From: an uncultured Candidatus Saccharibacteria bacterium
GTDB taxonomy: Bacteria > Patescibacteriota > Saccharimonadia > Saccharimonadales > CAZJQT01
Reading direction: 5' to 3'
Assembly (NCBI GenBank): GCA_964604415.1
Contig: CAZRYT010000002.1
Location: 4,059 to 68,058, forward strand
Length of the DNA stretch: 64,000 bases
In this document: piece by piece, positions 1 through 8,383 of the stretch
Position numbering within the stretch: the stretch's first letter is position 1
Layout of the letters: each line of letters starts with the position of its first letter
Position numbers and translations under genes: made by a program
The notes under the pieces: generated by a model
Database searches by the model: none
Told to the model about the DNA's origin: nothing
What the model saw: the letters and a program-made list of their open reading frames with translations, nothing else

Positions 1-171
1 CAATTGTGTTTGCAATTTTTGTTACTACTCAGTATAGCTAGGTGGTTATAGGTGTGCAACCGTGGGAACCTATATTTACAACATATTATCAACAACAGGC
101 TGCTAACAGGATTGTGTTTAGCTGAAAACCTTAGTCTAGACTAGTACTTATGCCACCTTCGCCCAAAAACT

Positions 172-735
172 CTAGCTGCCTGCAGGTTGTTGTCGCAGAT
201 GTTCTAGCCGTTCTATGTATGCCCTATCTAAGTCAGTGACACCAAACTGATTGGCTATGCCATAAGCAGCCTCGTGGAGCGCTGGCAAACCGTGGTTTCG
301 AATGTCCATTCTGGCACTACGTCTTGCACCTTCAGGTGAATGTCTAATCGGTTCAATATATTGGTTGATAAGAAAACTGGCCAGGCTGATTTTTTCGATT
401 GCCAGATTCACGGTTATAGGCTCAGGTTCAATTCCGCTTACTACTGCGAATAAATCGAAATCAAGCGTGTTGGCTAGTTGAGTACGATATATCAACAGAT
501 CCGGTACAACCTCTTTTTTGACAGCATTTTTAGCTAGACCCAAGACATTGTCTGGGGCGTGATTCTCTTTGGCCCGTTTATATTTGAATAACTTAAGTCC
601 AGCCTTACCGATATGTTCACCAATATGCTGCACTTTGGCTCTGTTGAAGTCCAGCGGCTCATAAACACGGTCAAAATGAACTTCATCAAACTCTCGTTGG
701 AGTCGTCTTAGTCTTAGTTGTTCAGTTTTATTCAT
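172..735 (-). CDS. hypothetical protein, possibly all-alpha NTP pyrophosphohydrolase (MazG-like) fold
   Basis: 187-aa ORF. Helical segments HIGEHIGKAGLKL and VVPDLLIYRTQLANTLDFDL resemble MazG-type helices. ATG lies 6 nt downstream of the tRNA-Ser CCA end, with no SD. Confidence 0.5.
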   Translation of the reverse strand: MNKTEQLRLRRLQREFDEVHFDRVYEPLDFNRAKVQHIGEHIGKAGLKLFKYKRAKENHAPDNVLGLAKNAVKKEVVPDLLIYRTQLANTLDFDLFAVVSGIEPEPITVNLAIEKISLASFLINQYIEPIRHSPEGARRSARMDIRNHGLPALHEAAYGIANQFGVTDLDRAYIERLEHLRQQPAGS

Positions 736-741
736 AATTCT

Positions 742-829
742 TGGCGGAAGGGGTGGGATTCGAACCCACGGTACCTTGCGGCACGCCGCTTTTCAAGAGC
801 GGTACCTTCAACCACTCGGTCACCCTTCC
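742..829 (-). tRNA. tRNA-Ser (anticodon UGA), CCA encoded
   Basis: Reverse complement reads GGAAGGGTGACCGAGTGGTTGAAGG...CTCTTGAAAAGCGG...GGTTCGAATCCCACCCCTTCCGCCA. Acceptor stem is 7 bp, anticodon loop is CTTGAAA, and there is a long variable arm. Confidence 0.9.
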
Positions 830-833
830 AATT

Positions 834-926
834 TGGCGGAGAGGGAGGGATTCGAACCCTCGCGGGAACTTGCGTCCCCCTAATGATTTAGCAAACCATC
901 CCCTTGAGCCGCTTGGGTACCTCTCC
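834..926 (-). tRNA. tRNA-Ser (anticodon GCU), CCA encoded
   Basis: Reverse complement reads GGAGAGGTACCCAAGCGGCTCAAGGGGATGGTTTGCTAAATCAT...GGTTCGAATCCCTCCCTCTCCGCCA. Anticodon loop is TTGCTAA, with a long variable arm. Confidence 0.9.
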
Positions 927-1025
927 GTGTTGGATGCGGCTCTAACGGATGGAAATTATAACAGATATAGTGGTGCTTAATAACAGTCTTTTTAGCCAAT
1001 CACATTCAGGTGGTACAATACGCTT

Positions 1026-1688
1026 ATGCAACCAGGGGACACTATCACACCACATCAGTTTGATTCAGACGAGCAGGAAAAGCCTGAAGTTAAGCAGCCT
1101 GAGCCCAAACCCGAGCATACTGAACATAAAGCCAAGGCTCACGCGCCTGATGCCAAAGAGACCCCAGAACCAAGCCAGACCTGGAAGTACCATGCCGAAG
1201 CCGCCGCTCCAGCAACTACGCCCACTAGCACCCAATCGGTAAATTGGAGCGCATCTGAATACATTGATCACCAAAAAGCAACCAGCTGGTACCTGGGACT
1301 GATAGTAGTTACGGTACTTGCCTGTGGTCTGATATTTTGGCTGACTCACGACCTTATTACTCTAGTGGTTATTGCTATAGCGGCGGCTCTGTTTGGTGTG
1401 GCTGGTGCTCGCAAACCGCGGACTCTGGAATACGAACTCAATAATCGTGGCGTCCAAATTGGCGCTAAGTTTTACGCTTACGCTGGCTTTAAGTCCTTCA
1501 CGGTTTTGGAAGAAGGTGCCATTAATTCTATTCAATTATTGCCTCTGAAACGCTTTATGCCACCGATTAGCCTGTATTGCCCACCCGAACAAGAGGATGC
1601 AGTAGTCAGCCTAATCGGCAGTTATTTACCGCATGAAGAACGTTCCAGTGACCCAATTGACAGCCTGATGCGCAAGGTTAGATTTTAG
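1026..1688 (+). CDS. membrane protein with disordered Lys/Glu/Pro-rich N-terminus, two TM helices and a small C-terminal domain
   Basis: 220-aa ORF. Hydrophobic segments WYLGLIVVTVLACGLIFWL and LVVIAIAAALFGVAG. TACAAT lies 6 nt upstream of the ATG. Confidence 0.7.
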   Translation: MQPGDTITPHQFDSDEQEKPEVKQPEPKPEHTEHKAKAHAPDAKETPEPSQTWKYHAEAAAPATTPTSTQSVNWSASEYIDHQKATSWYLGLIVVTVLACGLIFWLTHDLITLVVIAIAAALFGVAGARKPRTLEYELNNRGVQIGAKFYAYAGFKSFTVLEEGAINSIQLLPLKRFMPPISLYCPPEQEDAVVSLIGSYLPHEERSSDPIDSLMRKVRF

Positions 1689-2181
1689 CTTCAGCCAAAG
1701 CCCGATGTTTTTTATATTCAAGCCAAGTTAGCCAAATCACAAAAACGTCAAAAACGGTCAAAACAATTAAGCCAGCCGAGAAATGATAACTCAAACGGTA
1801 AAGTTGGTAGCCGATAAAGGCTAACAATATGGCTATCATCCAGGGGTAGGCCCAAATCTTTTGCTTGAACAAAGCAACAATAATCACAATTTTGACTAAC
1901 CCATGTGACAGCAGATAAAAAGCTCCAAACAGAGTCGATGAAGATGTTAAATGGGCGGAACTATGACGTAAATAATTGGCCAAAAAATCGTGTGGATCGG
2001 TGGCTAGCTCGTGCTCGGTCAACCACATCACCGCATGGTTAATTGTGCCTGGTGAAATGAATAATAAAAATACTCCACCAATAATTTCTAACGCCGAATC
2101 CAGCGCCTTAACAACCAAACTTGTATAAAAAGCCTTGTCTAACGCTGAATATTTGTGGTGCTCGGCCATGACAGTAATCAT
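1678..2181 (-). CDS. DUF2127-family membrane protein
   Basis: 167-aa ORF with 4 TM helices. The pattern FYLLSHGLVKIVIIVALFKQKIWAYPW...IGYQLYRLSY is typical of DUF2127. Confidence 0.65.
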   Translation of the reverse strand: MITVMAEHHKYSALDKAFYTSLVVKALDSALEIIGGVFLLFISPGTINHAVMWLTEHELATDPHDFLANYLRHSSAHLTSSSTLFGAFYLLSHGLVKIVIIVALFKQKIWAYPWMIAILLAFIGYQLYRLSYHFSAGLIVLTVFDVFVIWLTWLEYKKHRALAEAKI

Positions 2182-2222
2182 AGCATTACATGGATAGCTG
2201 CGATCTGGGATTAAACTGGCTG

Positions 2223-2390
2223 TTAGTAGCTAAAACCGCTGGAACCAGTGCCGCTTTTGTGAATGAAAAAGTAGTAAACCAGGCCGTAAACAACAGCGCC
2301 GATAATTACATACAGTACAACCCATTGCCACATCGGCCGTTTGCCGTAGCCTTTGGTTGGTTTTGATGCTGGTTGATTTTCGTCTGCCAT
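2223..2390 (-). CDS. small single-TM protein (55 aa), absent from the ORF track
   Basis: GGAGGGAAAT precedes the ATG. Translation is MADENQPASKPTKGYGKRPMWQWVVLYVIIGAVVYGLVYYFFIHKSGTGSSGFSY. The frame differs from track ORF 2230..2472, which runs into the tRNA. Confidence 0.65.
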   Translation of the reverse strand: MADENQPASKPTKGYGKRPMWQWVVLYVIIGAVVYGLVYYFFIHKSGTGSSGFSY

Positions 2391-2427
2391 ATTTCCCTCC
2401 TAACCAATAATACTCCAAGTTCGACCT

Positions 2428-2504
2428 TGGTACACCCGGCGTGATTCGAACACACGACCTCCAGTACCGCAAACTGGCGCTCTATCCAGCTGAGCTACGG
2501 GTGC
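2428..2504 (-). tRNA. tRNA-Arg with anticodon GCG, CCA encoded
   Basis: Reverse complement reads GCACCCGTAGCTCAGCTGGATAGAGCGCCAGTTTGCGGTACTGGAGGTCGTGTGTTCGAATCACGCCGGGTGTACCA. The D-arm is Arg-like (GGATAGAG). The anticodon loop TTGCGGT puts GCG at positions 34-36. Confidence 0.85.
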
Positions 2505-2642
2505 GCAAAAGAACAGGGGTAATGCTAACACGTTTGAGGGGTTATTACCAGACCACGAGGGTTCTGTAAGTTTTTTTACTGAAACCCCTAAAGCTTACTA
2601 GTAAGCTAAGAGTACTTTAAAAAGTAATTGTGGGGAGTTGGC

Positions 2643-2822
2643 ATGAACAAATACTATTTCATTAAGGAAAATGATTTGTGGAGCAGCTACAAACTCAATC
2701 AATTAGCCAAATCACCAACCGAGTATGATGATTTGGAAACTCCGCTTAATAACGAGTGGCGCAAACGTGCCCGCCGTCTGCAAGTACGCCGCTGGCGTAA
2801 GATAAAACAACAACTGGTCTAG
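2643..2822 (+). CDS. small basic hypothetical protein (59 aa)
   Basis: GGGGAG precedes ATG 2643. The C-terminus is Arg/Lys-rich (KRARRLQVRRWRKIKQQ). Confidence 0.5.
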   Translation: MNKYYFIKENDLWSSYKLNQLAKSPTEYDDLETPLNNEWRKRARRLQVRRWRKIKQQLV

Positions 2823-2834
2823 TCCACTTCTGTG

Positions 2835-2922
<88 letters not shown>

Positions 2923-2944
2923 TCGTCGCGATCATTCTAACAGA

Positions 2945-4048
2945 TTATTTCTTGGTGGGTTCTTTTTCTTTTGTTTCTGTTGATTGGGGAGTTTCTTTAG
3001 TCTCTTTGATTGGTTCACTTGGTTTTCCTGCCTCTGTTTTTGCTTTTTCAAGGGCTGTTTTAGGACGAGTCATCCTCTCTGTGAGCAATATAGCTGTGCC
3101 AATAGCGATAAAAACGCCACTAACTACTAATGAGCTGTTGGTACTTTTATCGATAATGGCTTTAATAAAACTATTTAACGATGGTCCAACAGTATTAGAC
3201 TGAAAATTGGGCTGCAAGGCGTTAATAAATCTTGGCAATATTTTGCCAAAGAGCAAGCTGGTTACAAAAACAATAGCGCCGTCATACAAGCTTATTTTGC
3301 CAACTGCTCGCCAACCATCACGCCGTTTTTGGTACAGATAAATAATTGCCGCTGCTAACAGGACTGAAAACGTTCCCAGAATCCATGGCGCTAACTTGAG
3401 CCAATGGAAAACTTTTGGTAAGGCTTTAAATTGTTCGCTAAATGTTCGACCTTTTTCGTTCTTAGGAATAGTGTCAGCTGTTATGACTGGGTTTGGTAAG
3501 AAATCCTGGTTATTCAGCACCTGACTCGTCAGTTGTTGTTGCTCAGTACTCAGGTTAACCCCAGGCGGACGGCAGTCTATCTTGAACGGATCTATATCAC
3601 CGCTGGGAATTGACTGGCACGGCGGTAGTGACTTGAGACGTTCAGCCGCATGCATCCCTACCCCGTTGGCTATGACTTGCTTGTTAGAACTCAGGTCAAC
3701 CCTGAAATCAGGCTGAGTCGATCTACCATCTAGCCAGTGATAAGTTCCGTCTAAAAACTGTTCACTAACGCTTCTCAGCTCAGTTGGAGTAAAAGCTTGT
3801 TTGATAATAGACCTGATAGCTGGATCGTTCAGGGGAACATCGTTTGAGGTATTCTGGTTGGATTGGTCGGCTTTATCCAGTACAAAATTCACAAAATTGT
3901 CATAAATGTGGCTTTTTACTAAGCTGTCTTTCAGTGGTTTTGACGATCCGATCAGAGATAATACAACAACTAACAGCAAAATCATTAACAGGCTAAAACG
4001 TAGTAGGCTCCGGCACAGCCAGGTCAATAATTTGCGGCCTAGTGACAT
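2945..4048 (-). CDS. membrane protein with large extracytoplasmic domain and Lys/Glu/Thr-rich C-terminal tail
   Basis: Start trimmed to MSLGRKLL (ATG 4048) so that it does not overlap the HIT gene. N-terminal TM helix plus C-terminal TM helices. Tail is KTEAGKPSEPIKETKETPQSTETKEKEPTKK. Confidence 0.7.
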   Translation of the reverse strand: MSLGRKLLTWLCRSLLRFSLLMILLLVVVLSLIGSSKPLKDSLVKSHIYDNFVNFVLDKADQSNQNTSNDVPLNDPAIRSIIKQAFTPTELRSVSEQFLDGTYHWLDGRSTQPDFRVDLSSNKQVIANGVGMHAAERLKSLPPCQSIPSGDIDPFKIDCRPPGVNLSTEQQQLTSQVLNNQDFLPNPVITADTIPKNEKGRTFSEQFKALPKVFHWLKLAPWILGTFSVLLAAAIIYLYQKRRDGWRAVGKISLYDGAIVFVTSLLFGKILPRFINALQPNFQSNTVGPSLNSFIKAIIDKSTNSSLVVSGVFIAIGTAILLTERMTRPKTALEKAKTEAGKPSEPIKETKETPQSTETKEKEPTKK

Positions 4049-4073
4049 GTTAGTTCTAGGGTACAATATTCTT

Positions 4074-4469
4074 ATGGCTGAGGACAGTATTTTCACCAAA
4101 ATCATTAAAGGCGAGATTCCGTCTCACAAAATCTATGAGGACGATAAAACCATTGCTTTTATGGACATCCATCCAATCCAGCCAGGCATGGTTGTGGTGA
4201 CTACCAAGAATCAAATCGATCATGTCTGGGATTTACCAACCGAAGATTACCAAGCCTTAATGGCAACAGTTCGCAAAGTTGCCAAAAGGTTGCGGGAAGT
4301 ATTCGCTGAGAAAAAACGGGTAGGAATTATGATTGAGGGTTTTGATGTACCACATGCTCACGTAGTTGTGGTTCCTGTAAACAACGGAAAGGAACTCCGT
4401 GAGTTAGCCTCGGATACTGAACCAGACCACCCTGCCCTAGCCGCGCTGGCCAAAAAACTGGCTTTCTAA
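4074..4469 (+). CDS. HIT-family nucleotide hydrolase/transferase
   Basis: MAEDSIFTKIIKGEIPSHKIYEDDKTIAFMDIHP is a classic HINT N-terminus. The triad region reads PHAHVVVVP, with the third His replaced by Val. TACAAT lies 6 nt upstream of the ATG. Confidence 0.8.
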   Translation: MAEDSIFTKIIKGEIPSHKIYEDDKTIAFMDIHPIQPGMVVVTTKNQIDHVWDLPTEDYQALMATVRKVAKRLREVFAEKKRVGIMIEGFDVPHAHVVVVPVNNGKELRELASDTEPDHPALAALAKKLAF

Positions 4470-4483
4470 GGTACAATAAAACC

Positions 4484-4663
4484 ATGCTGTCTAACTTAAT
4501 GATCGGATTCCTCGTCGGCGCCGGCTTCGGTGCCTGGATTTACAGTAAAGTCATCCGCAGCACCGGTGGCAATACCAAAAATGCCATAGTTGTGGCTGGG
4601 ATTGCCGGCTTTCTGGCTCTAGCAATAGTTACCATATTAATGGGCGTAATTTTTAAACACTGA
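4484..4663 (+). CDS. small two-TM protein (59 aa), absent from the ORF track
   Basis: Translation is MLSNLMIGFLVGAGFGAWIYSKVIRSTGGNTKNAIVVAGIAGFLALAIVTILMGVIFKH. It has its own TACAAT 6 nt upstream of the ATG. Confidence 0.6.
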   Translation: MLSNLMIGFLVGAGFGAWIYSKVIRSTGGNTKNAIVVAGIAGFLALAIVTILMGVIFKH

Positions 4664-4725
4664 TATAGCCGGATAGTGCCAAAATACTTTGATTATTGGG
4701 CCTAAACTAGTACGATAATACTCAC

Positions 4726-5577
4726 ATGAACGAGGTGGGTTTAGGCAAGGCGTTACAAAACGCCCGTAAAAAAGCTGGTCTGACACAGCAGCAACTGTGT
4801 CATAAGACTGGACTTAGCTACTCTACCCTAGCCAAGATTGAACGCGGTGCTATCAAGGCTCCATCAATCTTTACAATTCAATCGATTGCAGCTGCGGTTG
4901 GCAGTGGCTTGGATGATCTAGTGGGTGCTTTTGCCCCTGCCCTGCCCGATCACAAACCCAAACTAGTTTCCAAGTCCGGCATTCGTTTTATTTACTTTGA
5001 TATTAATGGTTGTTTGGTGCGCTTTTTCCACCGCGCCTTCACCAAACTAGCCGAGGATACTGGCGCTTCACCTGACGTTATCGAGACTACCTTTTGGCAC
5101 TACAATGATGCGGTTTGCAAGGGTGAAATGAGCCTTGTAGATTTCAATTCTGCACTTAGCAAACGTCTGGGCGGCAACAAAATTGATTGGGCACAGTATT
5201 ATCTAGAAGCGGTTGATGCTATTGAGGAAATGGACAAGCTAGTAACTTGGGCGAGCCAAAATTATCACGTCGGCCTGTTATCCAATATTATGCCTGGGCT
5301 GATTGATTCAATGCTGACCAAGGGGTTATTACCCAAACTTAACTACGACGCTATTATCGACTCTTCGGTAGTCGGTGCCATCAAGCCGGAAGCCAAAATT
5401 TATAAGATAGCTACCGAACGAAGTGGGGTGAAAGCAAAAGAAATATTGCTGGTAGACGATTCACGCGCCAATTTAATGGCTGCCGAGAAGTTTGACTGGC
5501 ACGTGCTTTGGTTTGATGATTTTCGCCCGTCTGAGAGTGCCAAAAACGTCCGAATGGCATTAGAGCCTAAACGTTAG
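4726..5577 (+). CDS. XRE-family HTH domain fused to a HAD-like hydrolase domain
   Basis: N-terminus LQNARKKAGLTQQQLCHKTGLSYSTLAKIERG is an HTH_3-type motif. C-terminal HAD motifs are FDINGCLV (I), LLSN (II) and K...LLVDDS (III/IV). Confidence 0.75.
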   Translation: MNEVGLGKALQNARKKAGLTQQQLCHKTGLSYSTLAKIERGAIKAPSIFTIQSIAAAVGSGLDDLVGAFAPALPDHKPKLVSKSGIRFIYFDINGCLVRFFHRAFTKLAEDTGASPDVIETTFWHYNDAVCKGEMSLVDFNSALSKRLGGNKIDWAQYYLEAVDAIEEMDKLVTWASQNYHVGLLSNIMPGLIDSMLTKGLLPKLNYDAIIDSSVVGAIKPEAKIYKIATERSGVKAKEILLVDDSRANLMAAEKFDWHVLWFDDFRPSESAKNVRMALEPKR

Positions 5578-8131
5578 AGAAGCGATTTAGCTCGGATTGT
5601 TGTTTAGCTAATAGTTCTTTGGCGTCAATCAGTCGTTGCTTGGTTTCTTTAACGAGTTCCGCCGGCGCTTTTTGGATGTAAGCTTTGTTTTTCAGCCGGC
5701 CTTCCATTTGTTTAATCTGCTGCTCAGTTTCGGCTATTTTGGTACTCAAACCATCTGTAAATTGCTTGATTTGCTTCTCGCTTAGATCTAACCACATTTC
5801 GTGTTTAGTAGAAATCAAACTCAGCCCAGCGTAGTCTTGAGCCTGCTTAATTTCACCTAGTCCCGCCAAACTTTTGATCAACTCGGCATTTTCGCTCATG
5901 AAAGGCTGGTCGCTGTAGTAAAGATTCGGTTTGCCAACCTTAAGGCTGCCTGCAATATAGCGGATTTCGCTGACAATTGACCTAACTTCTTCAAATTCTT
6001 TAGCTTTACCAATACTAATCTCCATTGCCTCGGGCCACGGGGTGGTAATGAGCAAGCCTTTTTCCCATTTCAACGTCTGCCAAATGGTCTCGGTCACGAA
6101 CGGGGCGAATGGGTGTGTCAGCTTCAAAATAGTTTCTAGAGCGTAGGCCAGGACACCTAGATTTGGTTCGACTTTACTGGCTTCAATGTACCAATCAGCC
6201 AAGTCATCCCATAGCAAATGGTAGATGTGGTCAGATGCTTCTGCAAAGCGGTAATCGTCCAAAAACTCACCAACTTCTCTTATAGAATGTTGTAATTTAC
6301 TCAATATCCAAGCATCAGCAGCAGTTTTTGGGACCGGGTTAGACTTGAGATGAAACTCATCACCAACCTTGTCTTCAATAAATCTGGCCACGTTCCAAAG
6401 CTTGTTGGCAAAATTACGAGCTTCCTCAACCCGACGTGGATCATAGCCTCGGTTCACGGCCGGTACACGGCCGGCTATCAGGCCCATCCTGAGGGCATCG
6501 GAGCCATAAAGGTCGACTTCAGCCATTGGGTCGATAACATTACCAACCGATTTGCTCATTTTGGAGCCATCCTCAGCCAACACGTAGCCATGGATATAAA
6601 CTGTCTCAAAAGGTACTTTACCGGTAACATAAAGTCCCATCATAATCATGCGCGAAACCCAAGGGTAGAGGATCTCACCACCGGTTTCCATTAGGGAATT
6701 CGGGTAATAATCTTTGTAGTCATCACTATCAGGAAAATCCAGGGTAGCGTAAGGCCAACTGGAGCTAGAAAACCAAGTATCAAACACATCCGGATCGCGT
6801 TGGTAGGTCTTGCCGCCAACAGTTATTTCCTCTTTTTCTACGTGTTCGTCATAGATCCAATCCTGCGGATCCTCTCTGTTAACAAACGCCGGAATTGGTA
6901 TGCCCCAAGCAATTTGCCGCGAAATATTCCAATCTCTAAGGCCTTCTAGATATTTGATAAGCTGATCTTTTTTGGACTCGGGATAGAACTTGATCTTCCC
7001 TGCCCTGAGCACTTTTATAGCCGGTCCGGCTAACGGCTTCATATCGACAAACCATTGCTCACGCAGCAGGGGCTGGATGACTGTGCCGCACTTGTAGCAG
7101 TGTCCAACTGAATGGTGATGGTCTTCGATTTTGTCGACAAAACCTTGACGCTCCAAATCTGTTATAACAACTTTGCGAGCATCTTCTACAGTTAACCCAC
7201 GGTAGGTTGCCGGGGCTTCATGGCTCATCTTGCCCTCGTGGTCTATGACACTAATCATTGGTAGATCGTGGCGCTGCGCTACCTCAAAGTCGTTGGGGTC
7301 ATGAGCCGGCGTGATTTTAACAGCACCAGTACCAAAAGCCGTGTCCACAAATTCGTCAGTAATAATCGGCACTTCCCTGTTACTTAGTGGCAATTTAACG
7401 GTTTTACCGATGAATTTTTTGTAGCGCTTGTCGTCTGGATGGACAGCCACGGCCACGTCACCCAGCATAGTTTCCGGCCGCGTAGTCGCAACAACCACTT
7501 CCCCGCTACCGTCAGTCAACGGGTATTTTAGGTAGTATAAATGGCCGCGTACATCGCGGTACTCAACCTCAATATCGGCAAAGCCGGTGCCATGGAAAGT
7601 ACAAAAATTAACTAGCCTTTCACCTCTGTAAATCAAACCCTCGTCCCACATTTTTTTGAAGGTCTTGTAAGAACGGTCGATGATTTTATCATCAAGCGTA
7701 TAGACGTAGTGATCCCAGTCCACGCTGGCACCCAGACGACGGAACTGAGAGTCGTAGTTATCCTTGTTTTGGGCCACGAAATCCCAAATCTGTTTGTATA
7801 ACTCTTCTCGACTGAAATCAAAACGGCTTTTACCCTGTTTAGCCAGCACTTTTTCATAAACAACTTGAGTTTCAAAGCCAGCGTGATCAGCGCCTGGTAA
7901 CCAGAGAGTTGAGTTCCCTTTCATGCGATGATAACGGATGACAACGTCTTGTAAGGCAAACATAAAGCTATGGCCAACGTGCAAATCACCATTGGCGTTC
8001 GGTGGTGGCAAAACTATAGAGTACTTCTCTTTTGAGCCACGAGCTTTTGGTTTAAAAGCGCCGCTTTTCTCCCAGAGGTCGTAGATGTCAGCTTCGTAGG
8101 CTTTTGGTTCGTAAGTTTTTGACAACTTCAT
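5567..8131 (-). CDS. valS: valyl-tRNA synthetase
   Basis: PPPNANGDLHVGH (HIGH region), KMSKS, editing-domain and coiled-coil C-terminus. Start set at MKLSKTYEPKAYE. Confidence 0.95.
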   Translation of the reverse strand: MKLSKTYEPKAYEADIYDLWEKSGAFKPKARGSKEKYSIVLPPPNANGDLHVGHSFMFALQDVVIRYHRMKGNSTLWLPGADHAGFETQVVYEKVLAKQGKSRFDFSREELYKQIWDFVAQNKDNYDSQFRRLGASVDWDHYVYTLDDKIIDRSYKTFKKMWDEGLIYRGERLVNFCTFHGTGFADIEVEYRDVRGHLYYLKYPLTDGSGEVVVATTRPETMLGDVAVAVHPDDKRYKKFIGKTVKLPLSNREVPIITDEFVDTAFGTGAVKITPAHDPNDFEVAQRHDLPMISVIDHEGKMSHEAPATYRGLTVEDARKVVITDLERQGFVDKIEDHHHSVGHCYKCGTVIQPLLREQWFVDMKPLAGPAIKVLRAGKIKFYPESKKDQLIKYLEGLRDWNISRQIAWGIPIPAFVNREDPQDWIYDEHVEKEEITVGGKTYQRDPDVFDTWFSSSSWPYATLDFPDSDDYKDYYPNSLMETGGEILYPWVSRMIMMGLYVTGKVPFETVYIHGYVLAEDGSKMSKSVGNVIDPMAEVDLYGSDALRMGLIAGRVPAVNRGYDPRRVEEARNFANKLWNVARFIEDKVGDEFHLKSNPVPKTAADAWILSKLQHSIREVGEFLDDYRFAEASDHIYHLLWDDLADWYIEASKVEPNLGVLAYALETILKLTHPFAPFVTETIWQTLKWEKGLLITTPWPEAMEISIGKAKEFEEVRSIVSEIRYIAGSLKVGKPNLYYSDQPFMSENAELIKSLAGLGEIKQAQDYAGLSLISTKHEMWLDLSEKQIKQFTDGLSTKIAETEQQIKQMEGRLKNKAYIQKAPAELVKETKQRLIDAKELLAKQQSELNRFSNV

Positions 8132-8322
8132 ACAGATTGGTAGTATACCACCCCTGTTTAATAAACAGAAACACAAGCAGTTTTCACGTAAAAATTAGAC
8201 AAAACTACACAAGGCTTTCACACGAAAACCCTCTGCATTTCAGTCTGTCCCACCGTTTATGTTGTGTGCGATCCGCATGGACTTGCGGATAATACCAACT
8301 TTTTGTTTTCATAAGCATTATA
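8132..8322 (-). promoter_or_regulatory. valS promoter (-10 TATAAT at 8317..8322 on the minus strand) plus a roughly 180-nt structured leader; candidate T-box-like element
   Basis: Minus-strand hairpin AUCCGCA-AGUCCA-UGCGGAU (loop contains the GUC Val codon). Hairpins GGUUUUC-GUGU-GAAAGCC and CUGUU-UAUUA-AACAG. AAACAGGGGUGGUA lies about 20 nt before the ATG. Confidence 0.4.
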
Positions 8323-8348
8323 TCATCTAAAATAACAGAGACAAAGCA

Positions 8349-8377
8349 TTGACCAAAGATGTTAAACATGTTAATAT
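8349..8377 (+). promoter_or_regulatory. promoter TTGACC-17-TAATAT, 6 nt before ATG 8384
   Basis: Both hexamers and the spacings were read directly from the sequence. Confidence 0.55.
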
Positions 8378-8383
8378 AAGACA

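Noticed and set aside
741-980. Track ORFs 741..980, 2230..2472 and 2832..3203 as protein-coding genes
   Set aside because: Each starts inside or runs through a clearly folding tRNA gene on the opposite strand. None has start signals of its own. They are by-products of the GC-rich tRNA sequence.
2592-2607. Perfect 16-bp palindrome AGCTTACTAGTAAGCT as an operator site
   Set aside because: About one perfect 16-bp palindrome is expected by chance in 64 kb. There is no second copy and no adjacent regulator.
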